Source: Octopus sinensis
Taxonomy: Eukaryota
Direction: 5' to 3'
Length of the DNA: 36,709 nucleotides
Assembly: GCF_006345805.1 (NCBI RefSeq)
Contig: NW_021824660.1
Location: 1-36,709 of the forward strand
Shown: positions 24,990 through 36,179 of the stretch, one piece after another
Layout of the letters: each line of letters starts with the position of its first letter
Numbering within the stretch: position 1 is the first letter of the stretch
Program-made: the position numbers and the translations under genes
Notes under the pieces: generated by a model
What the model saw: only the letters and a program-made list of their open reading frames with translations
Told to the model about the DNA's origin: nothing
Databases searched by the model: none

Positions 24990-25550
24990 TTACAACATGT
25001 CTGGAACATTAAAGCACTTTAGTACTGGCTTGGACGGTCTTTATTTTGTTCTATTAGGAAGGCTTTGAATATTGTACGTCTTCTAATGCCACCTTCATCT
25101 CTGCAATGTTTCCTTCACAATAATATAGAACCAAAATTGACTAAATTAATTACGAACCATGACAGCAAGTTCACAGAACATACCAGTTATCGCCCCAGAT
25201 GAAACTGTTCATTCACAAACATCTGTTGGTCTTCTCCAACGATGGGATTTATTGAAACAAACCAAAGGTTTCAATTTTGCCATTTCTAACGAAAACTGAA
25301 CGGCACCTACTTTGAAATTAGAGAAATTAGACTCTAAACCTGAACCTTACTAAACCACCCATATTTGGTCCTTAATAGAATTTCTGTGTACTGTTACCAT
25401 TCATCCTTCGAACAGTTAAAGATAGACTTCAACTCTTCGAGCAAAAATCATCAATTATTGGATTTCTTCAAGCCATTTGACAATGTCCAATGAAAGGCCG
25501 CGTTACATATCTTACAAATTACGGAGGTTCTAATGAATTCAGTTGTTTTC
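24990..25550 (+). pseudogene. Decayed non-LTR retrotransposon reverse transcriptase fragment
   Basis: Collinear RT motif remnants: TGLDGL 25024-25041 (PGxDG-like), SYRP 25185-25196, KGF at about 25264 (QxGF-like), LLDFFKPFDNV 25455-25487 (DFxKAFDxV-like). Frameshifted. Confidence 0.6.
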
Positions 25551-25749
25551 TGCATTTAAAGAGGCAAAGATTCTTTCAATAATTATGAATAATTGAAATT
25601 GAATATAATCATAGTTTCACTTAGCCGGTTTTGGAATAAGTTGGAAATATTTACGAATAATGAGGCGAAAGGAATATGCATGCAAACATGACATTTCAAG
25701 TTGCACATAGTGCGAGAAACGCTACTTCTATACTATCTCATCTTGTTGT

Positions 25750-26870
25750 CATTGTTCACTGTTGGCAAACGACGGGTTCCGATTAAAGTTGTGCCATTAC
25801 TGGGTTTTTGACGAAGGAAGGGATGCAAGCTGTCCGATAACCGCACAAGGCAACATGATACTTACGGAGATGACACTATTGAAAAGAGAAACGATCACAA
25901 GGGATGAAGAAAGTTAGAGATGAAATTAGCATCGAAGATTAACGACGCTGTGAGAAATCATAAAGTATCATCACTAACTCAAATCGACAGCGAATGAACG
26001 AATTCATACGTGCGAAGGGACGAGTCACAGTTCTTCAGCTTGTTGTAAATTGGATTGTGCTCCGAATGCATTACAGAAGATAGTGGATGTATTTGGGCAT
26101 CGGAAAATATGCGCAAAGTGATTATTGTGAAGGAAGAAGAAAGTGGACGTATATATTGATCTTCTGAAAGCATTTGAAGCAAATGAAGCCATGTTTTTTT
26201 TACGATCTTGCCATAGAGGATGAAATATGGACGGATCATAAAAATCCGGAAACAAAAACAGTTCACATCAAACAGAACAACACAGTTTGAACAAAGCCTA
26301 AGAGTTCAAGAGCCAGTGAGCAGCAGAAAAAATGATGGTAACAGTTTTGGAAGCCGATAATTTTGTCATCCTCTTCCATTGGTATTCTGGAAAATGGCTG
26401 TAGAAATAAACATCGAGCCACATAACGAGGCACTCAGATGTTAGGAGAAGGATACTGAGCAAGAATCCGACAGCGATCTATATTTACCATGAGGATTTTT
26501 GTCACCATGCACACATTTAGCAATAAATCTATTAATCTTCATTTTGAGCTGGTCAGTTTTCCCCTGTGCATAGTAGAGCACCGGATCGTTACCCTACGAA
26601 ATCGATCTGCTAGTTCCAATGAAAGGCAGTCTTCGATTCCATGATACATGGTAGTAGAATTGGCTATGAAGAAGTGGGTACAGCATTCGATGCATTCAAC
26701 AGAGATTCGATAATTGTGTTCAACAATGCTGCAAATGCTTCGCTGCAGCAGAGAATGTGATGAGCACAACCGTTTGTAAGCAACGAGGCAATATGTGCAT
26801 TTTGATGTACCTATAAGTGTTAATGAAACATTATTGTCCATTTTTCTCATTGTCTATACGTAATTACTGA
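25750..26870 (+). mobile_element. Decayed mariner (Tc1/mariner) transposase pseudogene
   Basis: Collinear remnants: QRVPIKV...YGD (N-terminus); MNEFIRAKGRVTVLQL...GHRKICAK; DEIWTDHKNPETK at 26219 (like GDETW...PETK); FKSQ*AAEKMMVTV; NLHFELVSFP...APDRYPT (like SPDLAPSD); MKGSLR. TIRs not confidently found. Confidence 0.85.
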
Positions 26871-26932
26871 GCTTGTGTAAGACGTGTGCAGTTAGATATG
26901 TCCACCCGTATATAATTAGGTCATAGGTCAGA

Positions 26933-27250
26933 GGTGAAGGCACGAGTCTTAATGGTTAGGGCATTCGCCTGACCTTTGTATGATTATGTCTTCGATTCCG
27001 GGCTGTGTATTGTATTGTTGAGCAAGACACTTTATTCCACGTTCATGAAGTGCATTCAGCTGGTAATGAAGTACCCGTACTTCAAAGGGTCGGTCTTATC
27101 ACATTCTGTGTCACACTGAATCTACCTGAGATCTACATTAAGGCTACACGTGTCTGTCGTGTACTCAGCGATTTACACATTAATTTCATGGGCAAGCTGT
27201 TACATTGATCGAATCATATGGAACCCTCGTCGTCGTAAACGACGGAGTTC
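26933..27250 (+). mobile_element. tRNA-derived SINE (fourth family), diverged
   Basis: A-box-like tcttaatggttaggg; B-box-like ttcgattcc at about 26992-27000; ttgagcaagacacttt core-like motif; defined end ggaaccctcgtcgtcgtaaacgacggagt. Confidence 0.7.
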
Positions 27251-27749
27251 CGGTTCATAGACTCCGACTGCATACACGATCAACAAAATACAAGGAAACT
27301 GAATGTGACTCGGCGTTTCGTCTGACAATCTAAATATGGCATTAGAGACTGCTACTAATAAATTTTCGCCCCGAGCAACAAAATATGCATGAATTATTTT
27401 TTTTATACTAGTTTCCGTTATTCGGTTACTGCCAGGTTAAGCTGCCATCATCATGAATTTTGTTGATCGTATAGAATCATAATTCCTTTTTAAAGCTTCG
27501 TGTTTATTTTCTTCTCTATCTATATACATCGAATAAAACCCTTTATCTTTCTGACAATGCACCGATCGATCTTTCCAATCGCTGTGCGATGGACGGATGT
27601 AAAATCACAGAAAGAAGCAGGCATAAGCATACACATAGATGTGGAAACAGCTTCGAATTGCAATATTAATCGAAACGATGTGACACATCATAAAAACAGC
27701 GATAGCGCCGGCAGCACTAATAGCAGCAGCAGTAGCAACAACTGTAGTC

Positions 27750-27786
<37 letters not shown>

Positions 27787-28859
27787 CAGTAGTATTAGTA
27801 GTAGTAGTGGTGGTAGTCTTTTATTTATTTATTTGGACGACTACTAATAGTGGTGGCATACACTAATGTAAAACCGTGGCGTCAGATTTGAGATTTTTTT
27901 TTCTTTTTTTTTGGCATTTGATGGCGATCCATAAGTTTCACATTACTTCATTTCATTCTTTGATTTTTTTCGCGCGGAAGTTTGTAACTTGTTTTCTCAG
28001 ATAGCTACAGCCATTGATGGTTTATATAATCTTGGAATTAATTCTCCTGAAAATGCTTTCAATTTACGTATTTTAATTTTTGTTTCCTTTCTAATATTTT
28101 TTTTTTATCTCATACATTTTGTATCTATATTTTTTTTTTAAGAAATTAATTTCTTTTTACGATAGATTTTGTTGTGCTTTTTCACTTTTTTTTATGGTCT
28201 CCTATTATCTTTCGTTTATCTGTTAAGGAGGAGTAGTCCAGTTTTAAACATTCTATTTGAACTTAGCCCAGAAATCGAATCGTGACTAAGCCACATTTAA
28301 TCAAACAAAATAGAAACGAGAAGCGCCTCAGGTTTTTCGTCCTCTAAGGCAGATATTTTTTTATGGCAGATTTCAAAAAAAAAAAAAGAAAAAAAAGAAC
28401 AGAAAAATAGGGGAAAAAATAGAAAAACTGAAACAAAAGCACGAAGAAAATGATGATGATGATGATGCTGGTGTTGGTGATAAAAAAAAAACACAACACA
28501 ATTCAAAGACAAAAAAATACCTCCAATAAAAGATAATATAATTTTCAAGGAGTGCGCACATGTGTGTGAATGTTGGATGCCTTTTAAGATTCCTCACTCC
28601 TTTTAATTGTAGTCTTTGTCGTTGATGCTGTTGTTGTTGTTGTTGTTGTTTATCTGGTTATTCTCAATGCTGACGACGGTGGTTACGATGCTGATGTTCT
28701 TGCCATTGTGCTTGCTTTTGTTATCCTCTTCCATTGTCGTATTTATTTTCTTTCTTTTCTTTATATATTTTTGAAATTATTTTCTGATAAGTAAAGAATT
28801 GGTAAAAATACAGACGAAAATAGATTTAGAAGTAATCCTCTTATGAAAATAAAGATTTA

Positions 28860-28865
28860 TTATTA

Positions 28866-28957
<92 letters not shown>

Positions 28958-29246
28958 GTTTTTATTATTATTATTACTATTATTGTTGTTGTTAGTATTA
29001 TTATTATTGCTGTTGCTGTTGTTGTTATTATCATTTACTTATTTTCATTATCTGTTTATTTATATTTATTTTTATTTTTCTCATTATTTTATTTTATTAT
29101 ATTTCCACATAATGACAAATCTGGGACTGAGTCTTCCAGTGATTATACATATATACATATATGTATATATATATATGCATACAGCAAATGTGTATATGCA
29201 TACGTAAGTACATGCAAGTATGTATGTATGTATGTATGTATGTATG

Positions 29247-29281
<35 letters not shown>

Positions 29282-29368
29282 GTGTGTATGTATGTATACA
29301 TATGTATATATATATATATATGTATGTATGTATATATATATATACGTATATATATATATATATATATA

Positions 29369-29402
<34 letters not shown>

Positions 29403-29410
29403 ATGCGTGT
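28860..29410. repeat. (TAT)n, then (TATG)n/(TA)n/(TG)n microsatellites
   Basis: Direct inspection. Confidence 0.9.
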
Positions 29411-30114
29411 GTGTTTGTGTATCTGTCTGTTTTCTCTGAGCTAAACATACGGAGAAATCTTTGAAAGACGAAGAATTAAAAAACACACAAGAAAACAACA
29501 AACAACAAAAATATCAAAAGACAAAAACAAAAACGAGTTATCTCAGGCGAAAGCAAAGAGGAGATAATCATAACAAAGAGCCATTTGTCTCCATTTTTTT
29601 TTTCCTTGGAGGATTCTCACCATCTCTATCCCCATGCATAATGTACAACAAAAGCACCATCTTGGCATATCATCTTACTTGATGCAACATTCTAATATAT
29701 TATTTTTGACGTTTGTCCAATATTTACCGCAGTTCTGCTAATACTTCACAATATTTCAGGTAGCTGTTCAACTTAACTGGCGACCATGTTCTTCACTGAT
29801 GGCATAAACACATCACATATTTGCAGGTAAACAAATCTATCTGGATGAGGTCGTAGTCAATAACTGTATGAAGATGATGGTGATGATCTTTACGATGTGT
29901 ATGTATATGTGTATGTACGTATGTATGTATTTATGTATGCGTGTCCATGTAAGTATGTGTGTGTAAGTATGTACCTATGCATGTAAGAATGTATCTTACG
30001 TGTATCTAACTATGTATACATAAGTGGCTATATGTATATATAGATACCTACATATATATATATATATATATATAAATATATATATATATATGTGTATATA
30101 CCTATAAGTATATG

Positions 30115-30154
<40 letters not shown>

Positions 30155-30218
30155 CGTATATGTATGTATATATATATGTATATGTATATATATATGTGTG
30201 TGTGTATGTGTGTGTGTA

Positions 30219-30490
30219 CTCTTTCCTTTTATTCGTTTACTTGTTTCAGTAATTTGATTACAGCGATGCTGGAGCAACGCCTTTAGTCGAGCAAATCGAC
30301 CCCAGGACTTATTCATTGTAAACCTAGTACTTATTCTATCGGACCCTTTTGTCGAACCGCGAAATTACAGGGACGTAAACACACCACCATCACTTGTCAA
30401 GCGATGTGGGTGGACAAACACAGAAACAAAGACATATACACACACATGCATATATATACATATATAAGACGGGCCTCTTTCAGCTTCTGT
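30219..30490 (-). mobile_element. SINE family A, 5'-truncated, minus strand
   Basis: ttgtttcagtaatttgattacagcgatgctggagcaacgcctttagtcgagcaaatcgaccccagg...gacgggcctctttcagcttctg. Confidence 0.85.
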
Positions 30491-30839
30491 GTCTCTGTAT
30501 TTAACGTGACGAATTAGCAGAGTCGTTAGATGGTTTGACAGAATGCTTCCTGTGAAATTACTGTTTGGCCATTATATCGTCTTAGTTCACGATGTGAATC
30601 TTTATGTATTGAATGTTCATGGAAACACAAATTTAAAACGAATATCTCAGTTGTTGGTTATCAAGGGAAAACTATGCAATACAAGGCCGTATCTATAAAT
30701 TAACAGCTAAGTTTCAGAGAACACTTCAGAGGGATTTTAGAGAACATGCTAAAGACCAACAAAAATCTTAGCTTTGTTGATTGTGTGATTCATGCTGGTG
30801 CTCTATGTCTCTGAGGCCATCACAAGTTTTTCGTTCCAA

Positions 30840-31400
30840 AGACGTCACCAAACATAGAACCAATCGGATCCACCAATGGTCTCCATTTCTGACACGGTCA
30901 TGCTAGCCCCATTCTATCCTTCAAAGTGATATTATTTTCTACTCTAGGCACAAGGCCCGGAATTTTGGTGGGATGGAAACACTCGATTTGATCGACAGCA
31001 GTACGCAACTGGTACTTAATTTCGCTTTCCCGGAAGGATGAAAGGCAAAGTCAACCACTGCGGAATTTCAACTCAGAACATAAAGACAGACGAAATAAGG
31101 CTTAGCATTTCGCCCGGCGTACTAACGATACTGTCAGCTCATCACCTCCCCTTCAAGGTGACAGTGTGCCTCCGGAACCCCCTAATCACGTCCAGCTAGC
31201 TGGTGCGTGTCTTGTTACGAGGCTTCTTCTAGCTGCATCGAATGAGAATAAAGTCCCGAAAGGATGATCTAATGGGGGACGGCGGATATGTCCGTACCAG
31301 ACCATGCGATGTATAGCTATGAGGTAGAAGGCTGACTAGCTCCAAAGAAAATTAACCCGACACATGGAATGGTCAACTCTGACATAATGGTTTCATTTAT
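30840..31400 (-). pseudogene. RTE-like LINE 3' remnant interrupted by a SINE
   Basis: Minus strand: RMVWYGHIRRPPLDHPFGTLFSF (W.GH..R motif), then DVIRGFRRHTVTLK | SINE | DRMGLA*PCQKWRPLVDPIGSM, matching the RTE C-terminal pattern across the insertion. Confidence 0.65.
30930..31149 (-). mobile_element. SINE family C with a probable 12-bp TSD
   Basis: Body ggcacaaggcccgg...ggatgaaaggcaaagtcaac...gcatttcgcccggcgtactaacg; flanked by ccttcaaagtga (30918-30929) and ccttcaaggtga (31150-31161). Confidence 0.85.
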
Positions 31401-31879
31401 TTGCCATCAGGGCGAAGGATGAGTATGAGAATGACACTACAAAATTGACATAAAATGTGGGGATTTACATGCAATGAAATAACGTAAGTAGATACAAAAA
31501 AATGGAGTAAGTAAAGACGGCATACAATGAAAAGTATACACAGTACACAAAGCTTATAAACGAAAAAGAAACTAATAAATATCAAAATCCTTATCACCTC
31601 AGGGTTGTAATTAATTTATGCAACAATCAGCGCAGCCAGAAATGGACGGTGACTGATGGCTCAATATTATTTTCTAAATCTGCATTAATATAAAATTCCA
31701 CGCGAAGGTTATGGAGAGAAAAGACAGAAACTGAAAGAAGTGATACGTCATAAATAAGAAATAGTTGGCAGGAGATATACAATAGCACAGTAGACGTATA
31801 AACTCGCAAGTATAGAAAAAAAAAATTCTGAAAATAAATGTTTAAAACAAGAGATCCTAGATAAATTACAAAGAGTGCA

Positions 31880-32080
31880 ATAATAATTAAAACTGACAAC
31901 GTTTCATGGAACGCAATAGATATTTCGACAACGGCCCAAAACGAATTTGGCCAATCTGGTGGAGGGCCGTGGGGGAGGAAGGAAACACGATGGAAATAGA
32001 TACCAATGCAATGCCGTTTGGAAAAGAGTTTGGACAGTTCAATTACTGGAATGGCGGGGAAGGATTTTTTCAAAACAACA
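31880..32080 (+). pseudogene. Possible RTE-like LINE C-terminal remnant
   Basis: DNGPKRI followed in another frame by RPWGRKETRWK (like R.RGRP.TRW.D). Confidence 0.4.
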
Positions 32081-32756
32081 AACACCACATCTAACAGACA
32101 ATTCCTATATATGTATAAACATACACACTCACCCACACTCAATCACCACAAACCCAAACATACACACATGGAGACACAGACATACACACACATATGTATA
32201 TGCGTGTGTATGTATGTGTATATATATATATATATACACACACGCATATATATATATATATATATATGCGCATGTATATGTGTATGTGATTGTGTATGTA
32301 TGTGAGTGTGTGTGCGTTTGGGTGTGTATATATTTGTGACATGCATCATGAAGTAAAAAAAATCTTGAACTTCTTGGTGAAATATTCAACACCGATTCTC
32401 ACACTGGAATAGAAAAAGAAGAAAAAAATACGAAGCTTAGTCTGACTCGATCCCACCCCGCCCCGGCATAAGTGGATGCTGCGAAACCAGTGTTAAAATA
32501 TTTAGAAGATACAACATTGCAAATGTAAGAATGATTGATTAGCAGAAGAATTTTGACTACATGTATCCTCACTCGTTGATTCTGGAAATGTTTGCCGTTT
32601 GGATGATAAAACAAGGTTCGCAAATAAGTCATGAATAAGTAACGAAATAAAAAGACTGTTCAACTTACGTCGGTATTTTGTCCCAAGTTATGCGACTTAG
32701 CTTCAAATAGGGCGTAACACGAAAATATATATTGAAATTTCATTTTAGCTTATATG

Positions 32757-33724
32757 TGATTTAAATGGCGGTTTGTAAATATTTTAAAATGTATTTGATT
32801 TGATGTTGCAGTTGAGTATCTGTGTTTCTTTAAATGTTTAAATATGTGTGCTTGTAAATAAGTTTCTGCCATCGCCGTGTAGTCGAAAATAATTGAGCTG
32901 AAGGTGAGTTTTTTTATCAATTTAAATTCTTTAAAAATAATGACGTAAAATGGAAAAAGTGGTAACTCGAAACGTTGAAATTTGCGATGTACCTGTATCA
33001 TATTAAACCAAGTTTTCTATAAACTATATCCAATACAACAGGAATAATATCCGAAACTATTTCACCTTCTCTGCTTGTATCTGATTTAAATGACGGTTTG
33101 TAAATATTTTAAAATGTATTTGATTTGATCTTGCAGTTGAGTATCTGTGTTTCTTTAAATTTTTAAATATGTGTGCTTGTAAATAAGTTTCTGCCATCGC
33201 CGTGTAGTCGAAAATAATTGAGCTGAAGGTGAGTTTTTTTATCAATTTAAATTCTTTAAAAATAATGACGTAAAATGGAAAAAGTGGTAACTCGAAACGT
33301 TGAAATTTGCGATGTACCTGTATCATATTAAACCAAGTTTTCTATAAACTATATCCAATACAACAGGAATAATATCCGAAACTATTTCACCTTCTCTGCT
33401 TGTATCTGATTTAAATGACGGTTTGTAAATATTTTAAAATGTATTTGATTTGATCTTGCAGTTGAGTATCTGTGTTTCTTTAAATGTTTAAATATGTGTG
33501 CTTGTAAATAAGTTTCTGCCATCGCCGTGTAGTCGAAAATAATTGAGCTGAAGGTGAGTTTTTTTATCAATTTAAATTCTTTAAAAATAATGACATAAAA
33601 GGGAAAAAGTGGTAACTCGAAACGTTGAAATTTGCGATGTACCTGTATCATATTAAACCAAGTTTTATATAAACTGTATCCAATACAACAGGAATAGTAT
33701 CCGAAACTATTTCACCTTCTCTGC
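32757..33724. repeat. Tandem array of a 325-bp non-microsatellite unit, about 3 copies
   Basis: Anchor tgatttaaatg at 32757, 33082 and 33407 (period 325). The units differ at only a handful of positions; duplicated ORFs at 33057 and 33382 confirm the period. Confidence 0.97.
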
Positions 33725-34224
33725 ACTTTTTTGTCTTCTAAAGTTCAGATACAAAATTCGTATGAGAAGACATTTATCTGGCTTTTGTTTACGAATAACA
33801 ACAAAGTGTTCTCTGCAGAGGGTTAACAAGTGCAGACAGTGTTTCAAGTATTACGCCATATTTAGTAGTATTGCAAAACACGCCAAATTAACAATGATAA
33901 ACAAGAGAGGAAAAACAAATAATTATTAATACCATGTTAATTAGAGAAATTGAGATAACAATATTAATCCAAGCACAGACATCGGAATTCTTTACAATTT
34001 TAACAGCAGACGGCCTACTACGCACGGATGAAAAAAATATTTTTGGCAAAGTTAATCTCCATGCCTATCTTAAGCAAGTTCTTAATACTACAAAAACGGC
34101 AACACATATTAAAACGCAAACGAATAAGACGAATAAGTGAGAGTTGTGATACTCTCAATTGCAAAATAAAAGAATGAGAATACTGCACAAGAAGAAAGTA
34201 TAATAGATCTGGTGATATTTCAAA

Positions 34225-34450
34225 TATTGGTTTTATATTTTGACACAAGGCCAGCAATTTTTTGCGGGCGTGGGTGGGATAAGTCGATTAACTTAACCCG
34301 GGTACTTGACTGGTATTTAATGTCATCGAAACCCTACAATGATGGAAAGCACAGTTGATCTCGGCAGATTTTGAACTTAGAACACAAAGAGCTGGAAAAA
34401 AAGGGGCCGAACATGTCGTGCGTGTTAAGGATTCTGCCAATTCGCCGCCA
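34225..34450 (-). mobile_element. SINE family C copy, minus strand
   Basis: gacacaaggccagcaatttt...aagtcgattaacttaacccgggtacttgactggtattt...gattctgccaattcgccgcc. Confidence 0.75.
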
Positions 34451-34665
34451 TATCTAGAACCCAAATTCGTTCTAGAATTCATAGTTTGGGTTCCAATGCT
34501 CTTCTCCAACAAGTAAAGCAGTTTTCTTCCATCAGAGCCATGATTCGAAGGAGGTATATAAACCCCATTGCACGCGCACACAAGAACACACACGTGGACA
34601 CACATGCACGAAAAATATCCACAAGTATCTATATATCTCTCTCTCTTCTTTTCCTCTCTCTATGA

Positions 34666-34669
<4 letters not shown>

Positions 34670-34722
<53 letters not shown>

Positions 34723-35033
34723 ATATTTACATATATATATATATATATATAATATGAGTTTAGCTATAAAACCAAATATGGATATATTGAAGGCTATATT
34801 CATCGCTCATACCCCACTCACATACTTCTCTCAGTATAAACACCTACATACGTGCGTACTCACACCTACACACAAATATATAGATAAATGAAAACACACA
34901 CAAGCACGCACATATACATAAAGAATATATATCTATTTCACATGATTTATATATCATACTTACGTATGTGTAATTTCGATATAAATCATATAATGAAAAC
35001 ATATAGAAAAATAATTATAAATATCTAGGAGTA

Positions 35034-35077
<44 letters not shown>

Positions 35078-35090
35078 ATATATATACATA
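34670..35090. repeat. (TA)n microsatellites
   Basis: Runs at about 34670-34750 and 35040-35090. Confidence 0.85.
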
Positions 35091-35870
35091 TATAAAATGT
35101 TTACCAGTACATGTCTATAGATAATTTACCTGTTTGTAGATAATTTACCTGTACACCTAATTGCATCGAAAACGTAGTTAGATTGATAGGTAGATAATAT
35201 AGATATATGACGAGAGAGAGATGAAGAGTAAGAAAGAGGAAGAAGTGTTCAAAAGTGTGTTGCGTTTTTTAAATGCACTTGAATTTCCAAAATGCTCTTG
35301 TATTGGAACGAAAATCTAAGTCGCGATACGGAAGCGTCATTCAAAAAATTTCAATATTTGCTAAGTGTAAATAATTACATTTGTAAATGCTCAAAATGTG
35401 GAAATTCATATTAAAAATAAAAAAAAATTGAAAAGGACTCTCTGATAGAAATTAGAAATATATTTCATAAATTTATTGGAAATATTTATTCTCTCAAACA
35501 TTCGCAAATGTGCCAGAATGGAGAAGAATAATTCAATTTAACGGCTATGATATAATAATGGTTTGGAATTTTTGGTAGAGGGCCAGTAATTTTGAGGGTG
35601 GGAGAATGTCAATTATGCCAATGTTATAAGAATAAGACATAAACTGAATTTACTAAAACGGAACACATTAAAACACACACACACACACACACACAAATAT
35701 TTGGGAACCCTCTTAAAGATTCGTTAAAGTGTCCTATAAATAGTAATGCGGTAAATTGTGTATCTTTCCGTTACTGAGTGTTCATATTCTGACATCATCA
35801 ACTTTGCATTTTATACATTCTGGGATGAAAATTATACTACCAGACCTGTGCTGGAATAGGTCCTTCGGTA

Positions 35871-36179
35871 AGGCTGCGAACTGGCAGAAACGTTAGCACG
35901 CCGGGCGAAATGCTTAGCAATATTTCGTCTATCTTTACGTTTTGAGTTCAAATTCCGCCGAGGTCGACTTTGCCTTTCATCCTTTCGGGGTCGATTAAAT
36001 AAGTACCAGTTACACACTGGGGTCGATATAATCGAATTGATCCGTTTGTCTGTCCTTGTTTGTCCCGTCTGTGTGTAGCCCCTTGTGGGTAGTACAGAAA
36101 TAGGTATTTCGTCTGTCGTTACGTTCAAATTCTGCCGAGGTCGACTTTGCCTTTCATCCTTTTGGGGTCGATAAATTAC
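35871..36179 (+). mobile_element. SINE family C variant with a different tail and a head-to-tail partial second unit
   Basis: tatttcgtct...ttcaaattc(c/t)gccgaggtcgactttgcctttcatcctt...ggggtcgat occurs at about 35921-35995 and again at about 36105-36172. The central gtcgactttgcctttcatcctttcggggtcgat...aagtacc resembles a MetaSINE-type domain as I recall it (unverified). Confidence 0.88.

Noticed and set aside
32860-32930. Spliced-leader RNA gene array hypothesis for the 325-bp repeat
   Set aside because: A donor is present, but there is no canonical Sm site (RAU4-6GR) or SL stem-loops, and SL trans-splicing is not established in cephalopods to my knowledge.
55-36128. The many ORFs in the supplied track (YI-, HT-, CV-, poly-D/M/S/V/N-rich)
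   Set aside because: They are translations of di- and trinucleotide microsatellites, which lack stops in some frames. No domain similarity and no coding-like composition.
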